The notes beneath the pieces are model-generated. The model was not told the origin of the DNA. It saw nothing but the letters and a program-made list of their open reading frames with translations, and ran no database searches. DNA of 64,000 nucleotides. It comes from Amphiscolops sp. MND2022. Its lineage: Eukaryota. The position numbers and the translations under genes are program-made. The stretch is taken from assembly GCA_964187785.1 (NCBI GenBank), contig OZ076413.1, positions 42,718,001-42,782,000 on the forward strand, in the 5' to 3' direction. Numbering within the stretch: the stretch's first letter is position 1; each line of letters starts with the position of its first letter. This document shows positions 12,701 through 23,645 of the stretch, in pieces.

Positions 12701-15700
12701 GTAACCTCAAGTGGTTAACTGATCCGGTGAAAGTAGATACGAGAGAGTGATGGGCCGATTCAAAAGCAAAGCAAGACGCTCTCCACAATGGGCCATAGTT
12801 TCGCACTTGCCAGGTTAAATGTCTTAGCGAATGTAGATTGAAAGTTTGTTCATTTCGATCCAGAGCAGCGAAGCCGACACAAAACTCGTTGAGCAAAATA
12901 TCGCATTCCATCACAAAATCATCAGTTTCCAGCAGAACTCGGATTGCATAGGAAAACTTCTACCTTCCACAACAATTCACTGAGAGTTTCATTGATCAAC
13001 CCCAAGGTAATTACGAGCGAAACGTACAAGAGACAAGTTTAGACTTCACTCGCTTTAAAATGAGACATTTCGTCCAACCTACGAACTGATCGTTGGAATT
13101 CGAAAGGCATCTTGAAATTTCGGATTCTCTGATTTAAAACTCTTTTTTGACGGGTTGTAGAGAAAAAAACAGATGACGAACTTCTTAGCAACTCCCAAAC
13201 AAATCGCATGCATGTAATCAATTGTAACGAAGAAACGTACCCTCTCACTGGTCAAACTCAATGGAGATTTACTTGGGAGTATTGAGCGTTGAATTTCAAA
13301 AAAATCAGATGAGAACAGAATTTCAAGTCCGGGAAGATGAATTAGTCGAGATCCTAGAATTGGTGGATTGAACTAAATGGTAAAGGAAAAACGAAAGAAC
13401 TTTATAAATATACTTTTCGGTTAATCCATTTAGCCTAATACTCTTGACACCCTTAGTTTGACGACGAAAATACTTCGAGCTGGGATCACGCCCAGCAGCT
13501 TGCAGTTTCTCAGCTTCCGAGAGATTTTTCTGATACGACTCATAAGTGCGCATCTTGATAACGTTCTGGCAAGGATAAATCCTTAGACTCTGTGAAACAA
13601 TTTCACCTTCATCTTCACAAAGAGGGCAACCAAAATAGCCATTTAACTGCTTCATGTTGAGTACAGCACCTTTTGCTACATTGTGAGCAGTGAGAAATAT
13701 TTTCGATGTTTACAGTATAAGAAAAACTATCGTGATGAAAAAAGTTGATGTCCGATACTTCCTTTTTGACATCGGAAAATAATGTCGAAATCAGGTTTAC
13801 CTTCACCAAACCACAACCTCGCTAAAACAATATTGTCGAAAGAAAAACGCAAGACCGGTGGCAAATCCGCGATAGTCATCCGTAAGGGGGTATAGATGCC
13901 TTCCAGATGAGTGAACAATTTTGACACCATCAGTCGAAATTATCATATGGAGGGTGATCCCTGTTCCACTCTCATTGAGAAATTTTCCAGTTTTGACATC
14001 TTTCGAACTCTTCGGTGTGGTCCTGCGCGAACGTTCTCTCAGAATCCTCCAATTGCGGCAACAAATTTTCTTAATTCCAAAGCAAACTTCAGAGGTATCA
14101 AATCACCTAAGTTACAACGCACTTGGGTGTGTTTTTTCAAGAAATTCCTTTATTTTTCATTTTTGGAAAGCTTCATTCCCGGTAAATTTCTGCCTGAATT
14201 TGTTGAACGGAAAACTTTCAAAACATCGTTCATGAGCGCGTCTGATGCTCGATGTTAGAACATATTCCCGTTACACATAAATTGAGATTGTTTGACCCAA
14301 TTTCAGTCTGAGCAGTCATTGGGTTGTCCTGTGTTGAACATTGAGTATTTGAACTTAACAGTTGGTGCACTTCTTCGAAGTTTTCAGCGGAGATAACATC
14401 GCTGAGGTCTTCGTTATGAATTGGAGTTGAACAACCGACAGGTTCAAGCTCGAGGGGCGTTCTCCAGGTCGAGATTCCTCACTTGAAGAAAAGACTCGGG
14501 TCCTGAGTTGAAGCTCGCAGGTCCTCATTTTCAGCAGATGAGTGGCCCATGAGAACCGTTCTTCTCCTTTTGTTGGATTTCAAAGTTTCTGCGCAGACGA
14601 ATGACATAAAAAGCCTGTCAACGTAATACGCCGTCTTTTGATTTGGCAAACTCAAAACTTCGACTTACAGAAACTGATTGGCTACAAACAGTGGATAAAG
14701 GTTGAGCGTGAAGATGCACATGAGGACAACTACATTCAAGTGACTCGAAAAACTCTTCTCCATAGTAGACTAATCTCATGTCCGGCCTCAATAGCTTTCA
14801 AAGTTTTTAATTTGAAACAAGGAAGCCCTTTCAGAGACGAATTGAGATTCCCCTGAATTCATATCGAAAATTAGGATTACATGAAGAATTGACTAAACGA
14901 CTACTTCCAGCCTTAAGTCTAGGGTATTTACACATCTGAGTTGGCTTGGTGAATAAGTCATCAAAATTGTGTTCGTCAGCGGGTTTAATCTTGGCCATGG
15001 ACAGGTCAAAACTTGGTTGGCTTGTCGATTTCGCAAGGTTTTCAGACTGTGACCGCCGAACTCGTCATCAAAAAAAACTGTAGCCAGCTTTCACTGTCTC
15101 ATAAGATGATTCTAAGCTGCGAAGTAAATCGAATTCCTTTTTAGTCGCATTTTTTTACATGCAGAGAAGTCAGGCAGCTGAATCAACGTGCGAACTTCTT
15201 GGCTGCAAAACCGTCACGAAGAGTCAGACTAACTGGCAGCAAATTCATTGATACAACACTGAAATTATAGCTAAACACCTGCTGGAACCAAAGTACTCAA
15301 TTGCCAGCTGTTTGAAAATTAGTTATATCAAAGTGTTCAATTCAAGATTTAATAGTTTAATTTCGTCAACTGAAAAGACTGACTCCGACGTGACAAAAAA
15401 TGTTGACAGAAAAGGCAAGCGGCGTGAACTTGTTTTCATCTACAGAAATGATAATCATGATTGAAACAAGTCATGCCAATTCAAAGTCGAAAGTTACCAA
15501 CCAACGAAAATTTGAAAGCTGAACACAGCGTATCTATCAGCTAGACTATTAGGTCCTTCGCTTCAAAATATAGATAGAACGCTTTTGCTACAGAAGCTGG
15601 CGAATATTTCTAAAGTGTAACAAAAAACATTCGAGGTTGGTACAAGAAACATCTTTTATCCAAAAGTTCATGTAAAATGGAAGAGACAGCACCAGATCGT

Positions 15701-18700
15701 CAGCAAATTTATAGAACAAAATCGTGCGAAAAGAGCAAATTAAATCACAAGTTCTATCAAACCTCCAGTCGACTGCGTCGCTTCTTTTCTTGCTGAGCTC
15801 CCGTTGGCCGCTTACGTATAAGAGGTAAACGTCCCTCGGTTAATCTTCGCAGGTTTCTCGACAGCGTAGCCCTTATTGAGAATTTTGTCTGGTGAAAGGC
15901 ATAACCAGCTTTGAAATGCAAACCAACCAAGATTACTTGTGCACCTTGAGCGAGCCGCTCAAATTCAACCACAGAAGTATTCTCTTCATTTCAATATTTA
16001 TTGCATTCTCCGTATCCAAAGGTCTTTTCAGTGTCTCGCTACGCCATCGCATGCCATTCTTCCGGGCTCGGCATTTTTGAGTTGTCTTCCTGAAAACCCA
16101 ACGAAAAACTCAACTTCTTTCTCAGCGCATTGGACATTGGCCTATTTGTGATGTTCAATCTAATAGACTTAATCTAATCGAAACAATGAAAATTTTTAAC
16201 AGAAAAGCGACTTGAATTTGAAATCAACGAACAAAAAGTGGAAATCAACTCCAGACCATACTCCATTGATGCTTTTATGGGACATGGTTGAAAGGTTGTC
16301 TATTTTTTGTCAGATGTCTATTTTAAACTCCGTTTATAAATGGAACACCACAGGCCTCAGTTAATTTTCTCCCAACGCCTGAACACGATATTGCTACATT
16401 TTTGCACCCAGATTTATTCAAGATAGAATTCTGCATCCAATCCGGGTAAAGAAAAATACAATCGGCTGCCCAACACAAAGCATCCTTCAGCGCTCCATCA
16501 AATGATAAACTCTCGTTTTTGTGCTGGAATTTAGCACGACTGCCTCCGAAACACTTTAACTTACAACGGCGTTAGACAGATGATATGGAATATTGCATTT
16601 GCCCCGGCAAAAACAGGACTGCCAATTGCATTTTGTCCCAAATGACTTTCTGCAGCTTTCGCAGATTTTTGCGGCACTGTCTCCGAAACGAAACTGTTCG
16701 ACGCAATCAAGATCGCAATCTTTTTCCGCTCGGGTTATTTTCGCTGTATCTTCATCAACTCAAAAAAACAATATTTCACAATCAGCACTGATCTTAAAGT
16801 GAATGCCACAAATACTTACCGCCCCTGAAAATCATTTACGCTGCGGTATTGAAGCTTGCTTTAACAGAAATGAACATGATTCCTCGACTAACCAGAAAAT
16901 CAGACACGAAGTCTTCTCAATCAGATGAACAACCACGTACTCCTGGAAAGCATTTTGTTCCAGCAATGAACAAACAAACAAATTAGTTTTCGACACAAAC
17001 CATTTTAATCTAAAAACAACTTTGATAGAGGTGGGAATAAGACCTAAAATTTCAGGACCAGAATAAGATCTAAAATCACTAAATCATTAAGAACAGTATC
17101 TAAATTATGCATAATTTCGTCTCTAAATTGAGAGTAAGATCTAAAACTTGGGCAAAATAGCTGCAAAATTATGGAAATGAGCTATTGAAATAGGAATCAG
17201 ATCTAAAAACTTTGGCAGACACTAAATCATTTAGAAGAGTATCTAAATTATTCCTAATTTCGTCTCTAAATTGATAATAAGATCTGAAACGGGCAAAATA
17301 GCTGCAAACTTATGGAAATGAGCTATTGAAATAGGAATCAGATCTAAAATCTGGTCATTTCAATCTAAAAACTTTGGGAGAGGTGGGAATATGATCTAAA
17401 ATCACTAAATCATTCAGAAGAGTATCCTAATTATGCATAATTTCGTCTTTAAATTGAGAATAAGAAATAGACATGGGCAAAATAGCTGCAGGATTATGGA
17501 AATGAGCTATTGAAGTAAAAATCATATCTAAAACCTGGTTTATTTTAATCTAAAAACAACTTTGATAGAGGTGGGAATAAGATCTAAAATCACTAAATCA
17601 TTCAGAACAGTATCTAAATTATGCATAATTTCGTCTCTAAATTGAGAAGTTCTAAAACATGGACAAAATAGCTTCAAAACTGGAATTAGCTGGAAATGAG
17701 CCATTGAAATAGGAATCAGATCTAAAGCCTGGTCATCTTAATCTAAAAACTTTGGCAGAGGTGGGAATAAGATCTAAAATCACTAAATCATTTAGAAGAG
17801 TGTCTAAATTATGCATACTTTCGTCTCTAGATTGAGAATATTTTCTAAAACGGGCAAAATAAAACTTATCGAAAATAAGCGCTTTTTCCAGCTTGAAATC
17901 CTGAAATTCGTTCCTAATATCCCAAAAAATCCTACCTATCCCAGCGGTTTTAGGAAACGCGGTGCCGAAAAGCGTCCTTAATGCTACCCGGGCCATAAAG
18001 GTAACCCTAGATCTTCGAAAACCAAAGAACAAGCCAACGAGTCACTTTTTGATGTATTTCAAATTTCAAATTTTTCCGCTAAGGAGACTTCGAATTTTTG
18101 AAAATTTTCGAACATGGTCACTCCTACTATGACCATAATCGTTGTCATGCTAGTCATACTATGACTAGATTACGATTCACTATTTCTGAGTATGGGGGTC
18201 AACCTGGGATGCCATGAGAAGTTTTCTCAATGGACACTTTTGTTGAAAGATATAGATCTATTTTTTCAACTCAAGGTTTTCGACATTCGAACTTTAGAAA
18301 GTTACAAGGGGAATCTGTAGTAAAATGCTTAGTTTTTGTTTTTGTATGTTGATTTCTAAATATTCAAACGAGTGTTTGTAATCAACTTTTGATTAATTAA
18401 CCTTTAGACCAATTAACTTTGTTTTTGCAGTTTTCGTAAATAGTATTTTGTTCAGAAGACTTTGGTCCCTTTCATCCGATTGCCAATTTTTATTACAATC
18501 ATTCCAATTCATTTATTACTATCCTGGAATTTCTTTGTGTATGGGGGAGGAAATCATAATCTGTGTTGCGTTTTTTTTCCGAATTTTGCCAAATCTCCAC
18601 TTCATACTCCATTTTATATTTAATACTGCTTTTTACTAAGGAGGAGGTGGGGTTCGAAAACAAGCGCTCCTATTTGTCCCAGCACGCTATATCCGAACTT

Positions 18701-21700
18701 TTGACGTTATATCTGAAGTGAATTGCGTTTTACTATGGACGAGGTAAGTATTGTATGAAGTGTCTATTAATACACCTTTTGTATTTCAAATAGAACATTG
18801 TGAACATTCGAATAGAACAATTGGAGATTCAAATTGAACACATTAAAAATCCATGCCTAGCGGAAGTTCAAATAGAACAGCGGAAATTCAAATTGAACAA
18901 ATAAAATTTATATAAACAACGGGTATAAATACTTGATTCAAGTCCTTAACATCAACTGAAATCACAAGTTTCTATGATGTCCTCCATCTGGAGACACCTA
19001 GCATAATAGGTAACGATGTGGTTTTCCCACGCAACACACTTGTCGGCTGTAATCGCTCTGCTGCTTTCATCAATAAGGGCCTTCAACTGGTTAAATCGAA
19101 ATGCAGATAAAGTAGCTTCCCCTCTTCCATGGCCATCTGGATTGATGAAGATATCTTGGTTGGCAGATAGAAGGTTTTCAAGTTCTGCTTTCCAAGAAGA
19201 GAAAGCACATTCGATTGGGTTGAGCATAGGTGAGTATTTTGGAATACGTCTCATGGGCAGAGTATGAGAGTATAAGCTATCATCCAGGTTGCGGTGACTG
19301 GGCGCATTGTCGAACAGCATATGGACGTCGGGATTTGAACCATATTCAGCAATTACATTCGCACTGACTTCCATAAGAAACTGACAGAACATGTCTCTCT
19401 TCATCCCGCACGGCAAAACGATGTAATGCATCAAACCGTGGCGGGAGCTGATAGCGGCGCAGACGGTAACGTTGCTGCCAGATTGGGTCGAAGCCAGTCG
19501 AAATGATCGTTGTCCTTTTCTTAATCGGCCAAAATTGCGTTTCGTGCGGATGTTGCATCCAAATTCGTCAATGTAAATTTTTAATGAATTTACGACTTCC
19601 GCACTCATCATCCATTCAACGTGTTGTTTTCGGTCGACTTTTGTCTCTGAGCTATTTCGTTGCGCTGGAGTATCGCGACTCAGCTTCAGTGTTAACGCCA
19701 AGCCATCAATCGCATTGGACAAAGTTTTGTCACAAATTTCTGGCTTGTTTGGATACCGTCTTCGAAGCTCTTTATTGAGGTTTGAAACTGTGACAAGGGG
19801 ATTTTCTTCCAATATTTCGACAATAAAATCCAGCATGGAACTATCAACTTTTTTGTAAGTTTTTCCGCCCCGCTTTTTCTCTACAACCTCCCTTCGCACA
19901 ATATTGTACGCTTTTGTCCTGTTTATATTCAGCTGCGTTGCTAAATTCAAGAAATCACCTCCATTTCGGTAAACTTCTCTAAGTCTTTCTTTATCAAGAC
20001 GAGAAATTGTGTTGTAGGCTTGACGAGACATTGAAAAATTTGATAAAATAAACGTATCTATGTAGAATAAATTAGGAGAGAAACCATTAAAACGGATGTT
20101 CAATTTGAATTTCCGCTGTTCTATTTGAAGTTCCGCTAGGTATGGATTTTTTATGTGTTCAATTTGAATCTCCAATTGTTCTATTCGAATGTTCAGAATG
20201 TTCTATTTGAATTACAAAAGGTGTAATTAACAATTGCTAGCCAATTGAAGGCGGAAAATATCCCCTTGCATAGCGGGCGTCTTGTTACAGTATGGTTTGT
20301 TGGCAGCTGTCTTCAAGTATTGCCAAAAGGTACCTGAAATGATTTATGAACTTTCACGCTTTTTGATTGGACACTCCAGCAGTGCGGAGCAAGTTGGTGT
20401 TATGGAGTAATTCAGCGTGAAAGTTTTGCTAATGTGTAATTTCTATTTCTCGTTTAAAATGCTTTTATAGATAGTTGTTTTCAAACATTTGTATCTTTAT
20501 TTGAATAAATGAAGTCATTTAATATCTTGATGTTGGAAAAATCAAATGAACATCTGGTAAGTTCCCAATTTCGATTGGTCATGCGCTAAATTTCGGTCGG
20601 GGGAAAGAAGTATTCAACTTTTTCATAGTCTGATGGATCGAAGTTTTAAAATTCGATTCGCTTTCTCAAAGAAAACATGTGCCTGCTATCAATAAATAAA
20701 CAATTTAGTGAGAAAATTTACCCAAACATTTTGAGTTTACAGTGAAACTGTCGTAAACTGGGAATTTTTGCTACCAACTTTCTGGAATTCTAGAACCAAA
20801 CTCAATTTGAATTCATTTTTGCTGGCAGGTACTTCAAACAGCAAGAGATAACCCTGTACAGAAAGAGCGACAAGACGAGTTTAAAACTAATGGGGGGCAA
20901 CGCAGGTGGTGCCAACGCCTCTTCTGTCAAGAACGGCGGCGGAGCAGACACAGAAGAGCAGCTGACTCGTTCAAATGGCATCGCTTTCCCCACTTCCTCC
21001 CACGCCGCTCATCTGCTCAGCTCTGACTCGGCCAACAATCTACCAACCTTCACCTCCAAGGACGCCTACCCCACCATGTATAACAATCCCGCCAGCCAGT
21101 AAAGAATATTTTGAACCATTTCTGTCAATCTGTTTTTCTGTTGAACCATATAGATATAATTTAGGCCAAAATCGCTTGTTTTTTGGGCAGCTGCTAACTG
21201 CTGTTTCGTTTTATGTCTCTTATTTTAGTTAGTATTTGTTTTTTCAATGTCAGTTGAAGGTGAGAATTGAAATGAAACTCGGTGACCATTTCAATAAAAC
21301 TCAGGTGAAACTTCGATGTAATTCAAAGGTTCCAAATTTTGAAAAAAGGCAAATAATGGTGGAGTTATTTAGTATTCAATTTCAAATCCCTCACATTTGA
21401 GCTAGCTTTTATACATTATTGCTTTATGTCAACTTAACTTAAAAGCAACTTTTTTAGCCCGTCGAGTTTCAAGGGAGAGCCAATCAGTGGTTTAACCGCT
21501 AAGCGCAATCAAACTATCGCTACCGCTAATGATCAAAAGCGGTAGCTAGCTGTAGCGGAATCATTTTTCTGATGGTCTGCCAAAAAACAAAAAAATTGGG
21601 TCCAGAATTCTTAAAAAAATAATCTGCAGGAGCGCTTCGTTTACCTACTGAAATCAGGATTTCAGCAAAGTACAGTTTTGGAAACAAAAAAGAACTGCTC

Positions 21701-22321
21701 GTCATTACGACGCATAACCCTACACTTTTTGTGCGTCTGAAAGTTGAGCCGTTTGAGCAGTGGAATCCTGGGCCAAGCTTTAAAACATACCAACCGTAAA
21801 GAGCGAAATTCGCCGCGCGGAATTCAGGGACTAATACCGCAGTGTCTAATTTCTCGCGATTTCAGTTGACGTCAAGGCAAAATCGCGGAATCCGCTGCAT
21901 TGACGGTCTATTTAAGAGAATAGTGGTAACGATAATTTCAAAGAGCTATAAACTTGAGTTTCGGTCAAATCACTGGTTCCAATGTGTTTGTTGGACAGTA
22001 GATTTTAAGTCACCAAAAACGGGTTCTTTTTGTTTATGGGGTTTTACCAGCTCATTATGATCATGTTTTTTTTCAGAGTATTATTTGGAAAAGATATTTT
22101 CTTTTTCATGTATTAGTTTACATTATGGATTTAATGTGTAATTCAAATACGTTTGAATGGTTGTAAAAATGATTTCTATTTTCTTCAGTCCCCCAACCGC
22201 AGACTCAAATACGACTCCATCAGTCGTGCCTGTCCCCGAGGGCGAAGATGCCAAACGCAGCAGCAGTGTGAACAGCTCCTCCTCCTCCCGTGTGCCTGTC
22301 TCCACTATCCCTGTCTCCTAA
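3080..22321 (+). CDS. VPS26: Vacuolar protein sorting-associated protein 26 (retromer subunit), 4 exons: 3080-3731, 6208-6409, 20829-21098, 22189-22321; 1257 nt, 418 aa
   Basis: The translation has the VPS26 signatures [81 protein letters not shown] and [21 protein letters not shown]. All three GT-AG introns join in frame (phases 1, 2, 2). The ATG at 3080 ([15 protein letters not shown]) aligns with the usual VPS26 N-terminus. Exon 4 is less certain than exons 1-3. Confidence 0.95.
4128..5165. mobile_element. Tc1/mariner-type MITE (~175 bp once the nested retroelement is removed)
   Basis: The reconstituted left TIR CAGTGGATCCCGGATAT (4128-4139 plus 5003-5007) matches the reverse complement of the right end ATATCCGGAATCCACTG (to 5165) at 16/17. 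It is followed by TA and preceded by CA. A diverged second copy of its 3' end follows at about 5166-5222. Confidence 0.7.
4140..4992 (+). mobile_element. 5'-truncated CRE-clade-like non-LTR retrotransposon fragment (CCHC knuckle plus restriction-like endonuclease)
   Basis: An open frame 4141-4935 reads [21 protein letters not shown]...[12 protein letters not shown]...[15 protein letters not shown]...[13 protein letters not shown]...[10 protein letters not shown]...FFDVKIFNP...KKLKYE...LRGCRS*. This is the typical C-terminus of RLE-type (CRE-like) elements. It is flanked by the 10-bp direct repeat GTGGATCCCG (4130-4139, 4993-5002) and has a T-rich 3' end. Confidence 0.85.
6208..6409 (+). CDS. 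VPS26: VPS26 exon 2
   Basis: ttcctttag|GT CAG GGT ... GAC AGA AG|gtgagt. Encodes [27 protein letters not shown]...VDEDDR. Confidence 0.95.
6915..7140 (+). repeat. Dispersed repeat, second copy at ~21525-21700
   Basis: Shared blocks GCTAATGA..AAAGCGGTAG(T/C)TAGCTGTAGCGGA and CTTCGTTTACCT.CTGA.ATCA.GATTTCAGC...GAAAACAAAAAAGAAC. Boundaries approximate. Confidence 0.6.
7850..8250 (+). repeat. Short array (~2 units) of a ~190-bp GATCTA-rich tandem repeat
   Basis: Same unit as 17000-17860: GGGAATAAGATCTAAAATCACT..ATCATTTAGAAGAGTATCTAAATTATGCATAATT...GGGCAAAATAGCT. Confidence 0.75.
9898..11420 (-). pseudogene. Decayed multi-exon accessory ORF of the EnSpm element
   Basis: Coding-like minus-strand segments broken by stops and frameshifts: [38 protein letters not shown], a coiled-coil-like [41 protein letters not shown] followed by a gtaagt donor, and the terminal ORF 9898-10137. 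Same strand as the transposase. Confidence 0.4.
12250..14607 (-). pseudogene. Degenerate CMC/EnSpm transposase
   Basis: Ordered motifs across frameshifts: IISTDGV; [27 protein letters not shown]; [20 protein letters not shown]; [11 protein letters not shown]; [30 protein letters not shown]. The start (ATG 14607) and the end are approximate. Confidence 0.85.
17000..17860 (+). repeat. Tandem array (~4.5 units) of a ~190-bp satellite-like repeat
   Basis: The anchor GTGGGAATA lies at 17031, 17383, 17571 and 17761 (spacings 352, 188, 190). The unit is rich in GATCTAAA. Confidence 0.85.
18773..20223 (-). mobile_element. Apparently intact IS630-Tc1-mariner transposon, 1451 bp
   Basis: 127-bp TIRs (18773-18899, 20097-20223) with 5 mismatches, TA on both sides (18771-72, 20224-25) and an uninterrupted transposase ORF. 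Confidence 0.95.
18952..20031 (-). CDS. IS630/Tc1-family DDE transposase, 359 aa, DD32E
   Basis: The first ATG is at 20031 (MSRQAYNT...). HTH-like N-terminus; catalytic motifs [19 protein letters not shown] and [10 protein letters not shown]. There are 32 residues between the second D and the E, checked on the DNA. Confidence 0.92.
   Translation of the reverse strand: MSRQAYNTISRLDKERLREVYRNGGDFLNLATQLNINRTKAYNIVRREVVEKKRGGKTYKKVDSSMLDFIVEILEENPLVTVSNLNKELRRRYPNKPEICDKTLSNAIDGLALTLKLSRDTPAQRNSSETKVDRKQHVEWMMSAEVVNSLKIYIDEFGCNIRTKRNFGRLRKGQRSFRLASTQSGSNVTVCAAISSRHGLMHYIVLPCGMKRDMFCQFLMEVSANVIAEYGSNPDVHMLFDNAPSHRNLDDSLYSHTLPMRRIPKYSPMLNPIECAFSSWKAELENLLSANQDIFINPDGHGRGEATLSAFRFNQLKALIDESSRAITADKCVAWENHIVTYYARCLQMEDIIETCDFS
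20829..21098 (+). CDS. VPS26: VPS26 exon 3
   Basis: ggcag|G TAC TTC AAA CAG CAA GAG ATA gives [13 protein letters not shown], the conserved VPS26 end, followed by a low-complexity tail. Donor CA|gtaaag; reading through it hits TAA at 21100-21102. Confidence 0.9.
22189..22321 (+). CDS. VPS26: VPS26 probable terminal exon 4
   Basis: ttttcttcag|T CCC CCA ACC GCA ... GTC TCC TAA. A GC-rich island in AT-rich DNA, phase-compatible with the exon 3 donor. Encodes [44 protein letters not shown]. Confidence 0.7.
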
Positions 22322-23319
22322 AATATTTAATATGCACATATCAAGTAATACAAATTTATGACTCCATGATCACTTGATTTCCGAATATTCAATTTTAGTC
22401 TGTCTTCCATTTTTTCCATGCGAGGAATTACGAGACGATGAGTAAAACTAGCCCAGGTCAATTTAAGCGAGTATTTAAACTTGTTGAAAAAACATGAGAG
22501 GTCGCCCAAAAATTTATTCTGTAAGAGGTACGCAAAATTCAACATGGAATCGAACAAAGTGGTTTCGAAATGACTTTGCAGTGAGAGAGATTGGACAGTA
22601 AAGTAGCAGAAAAACTAAAAGCTCTCTGGACGTTGTTAGTTTTTTCTACTTTGAGAAGCTAAACCCTATTCACCGATTTTGCAAATGACTGCATATGATA
22701 GTTTATAACGATCAATTTGACAAATTAGAAGATACCAAACAAGCCGAAACGGAAGTCGGCGTCCCGCTTAAGGCTCACAAAGCGCCAAAAAACTTCAAAG
22801 TGTCAAGGAACTCTGAGAAATTTCTCAATCTCTGCCGAAAAATCCAAAAGGGCCATTTGTTTCAAAATTCTTTCCTAAAAACAAAAACGGTTTTTGGAAT
22901 TTTTTCGGGAAAAATGAATAGTTGACTCAAATTTCTTTTCACTACGAATATGTATTCAAAAATCCAGAGGAACCTTTCAATCAAATTGGCTGTTACGAAT
23001 TTTATGGTCACTTGTAGTGGATTGAAAAAACGACGAAAAAAAGCTTGGAAAAACAAAAAGCGTTGTGAATCGAACGTAGTGAAACCGATCCTATATTATA
23101 CGAATGCTAATCTAGAATTATGGGTTCATACTTATTCAAACTAAAAAATGAATAAAAATCTCAATGATTAATGTGGAAGTTATCAGCGATATAAAATCGA
23201 AAAAGTATCTTTTCTCGTGCATATGTAGAAAATTTTTCTCTAGAAAATTAAAACTGCATCATTCATCACACAACTGATTTATTTTGAATTCCAGAGAGGA
23301 GCAAACATAATTTCAACTC

Positions 23320-23645
23320 CAAATATTTGTGCCCTAGTTTCGAAAAATTCAAAGTGCTACAAAATCTTTGTTCTAATCTGGTTCAGCAAACTAAAAAGTT
23401 TAGTCTTCAGCGTGAGTAATCCAGCTTCCCATCAATGTACGCTAACCACTAGGCCACGTCCGTCTTGACTTCCAGGTACTGTCAGTAGCTTCAGTAGTTT
23501 TCATTGAAAGTACAGCCGCATCAAAAAGTTTTCCATTCGAGCTAAAATTTTATTCGAGAATCAAAAAAGTTGATCAACGAAGAGGTCACCGCAAACTATA
23601 CTGTTTATTTTTACTGAAAAGGCAAAACGAATGGTCGTGCTTCAT
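23320..23645. repeat. Dispersed ~325-bp repeat, second copy at ~25180-25515
   Basis: Long shared blocks such as GTACTGTCAGTAGCTTCAGTAGTTTTCATTGAA and GTTGATCAACGAAGAGGTCACCGCAAACTATACTGTTT. The minus strand has an A-box-like TGGC(C/T)TAGTGG. Confidence 0.8.

Larger units (their letters stand above)
7344..18208 (-). mobile_element. Large decayed CMC/EnSpm (CACTA-superfamily) DNA transposon, ~10.9 kb, in VPS26 intron 2
   Basis: Perfect 12-bp TIR CCCAGGTTGACC (7344-7355) / GGTCAACCTGGG (18197-18208). Both ends carry CATGAT/CATAGT-rich subterminal repeats and enclose a degenerate EnSpm transposase. The flanking dinucleotides are TT and AT, one mismatch from the expected 2-bp TSD, so pairing of the two ends is probable rather than proven. 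Confidence 0.6.

Noticed and set aside
17000-17860. Regular repeats as a CRISPR-like array
   Set aside because: The units are full-length tandem copies with no unique spacers, the context is eukaryotic and there are no cas genes.
20032-20175. N-terminal 48 aa of the 407-aa transposase ORF
   Set aside because: It starts at a non-ATG codon inside the right TIR. The real start is most likely ATG 20031.
23440-23465. A-box-like TGGCCTAGTGG heads (also ~25310, ~3900, ~37500) as SINEs or tRNAs
   Set aside because: There is no correctly spaced B box or SINE tail, so these are recorded only as dispersed repeats.
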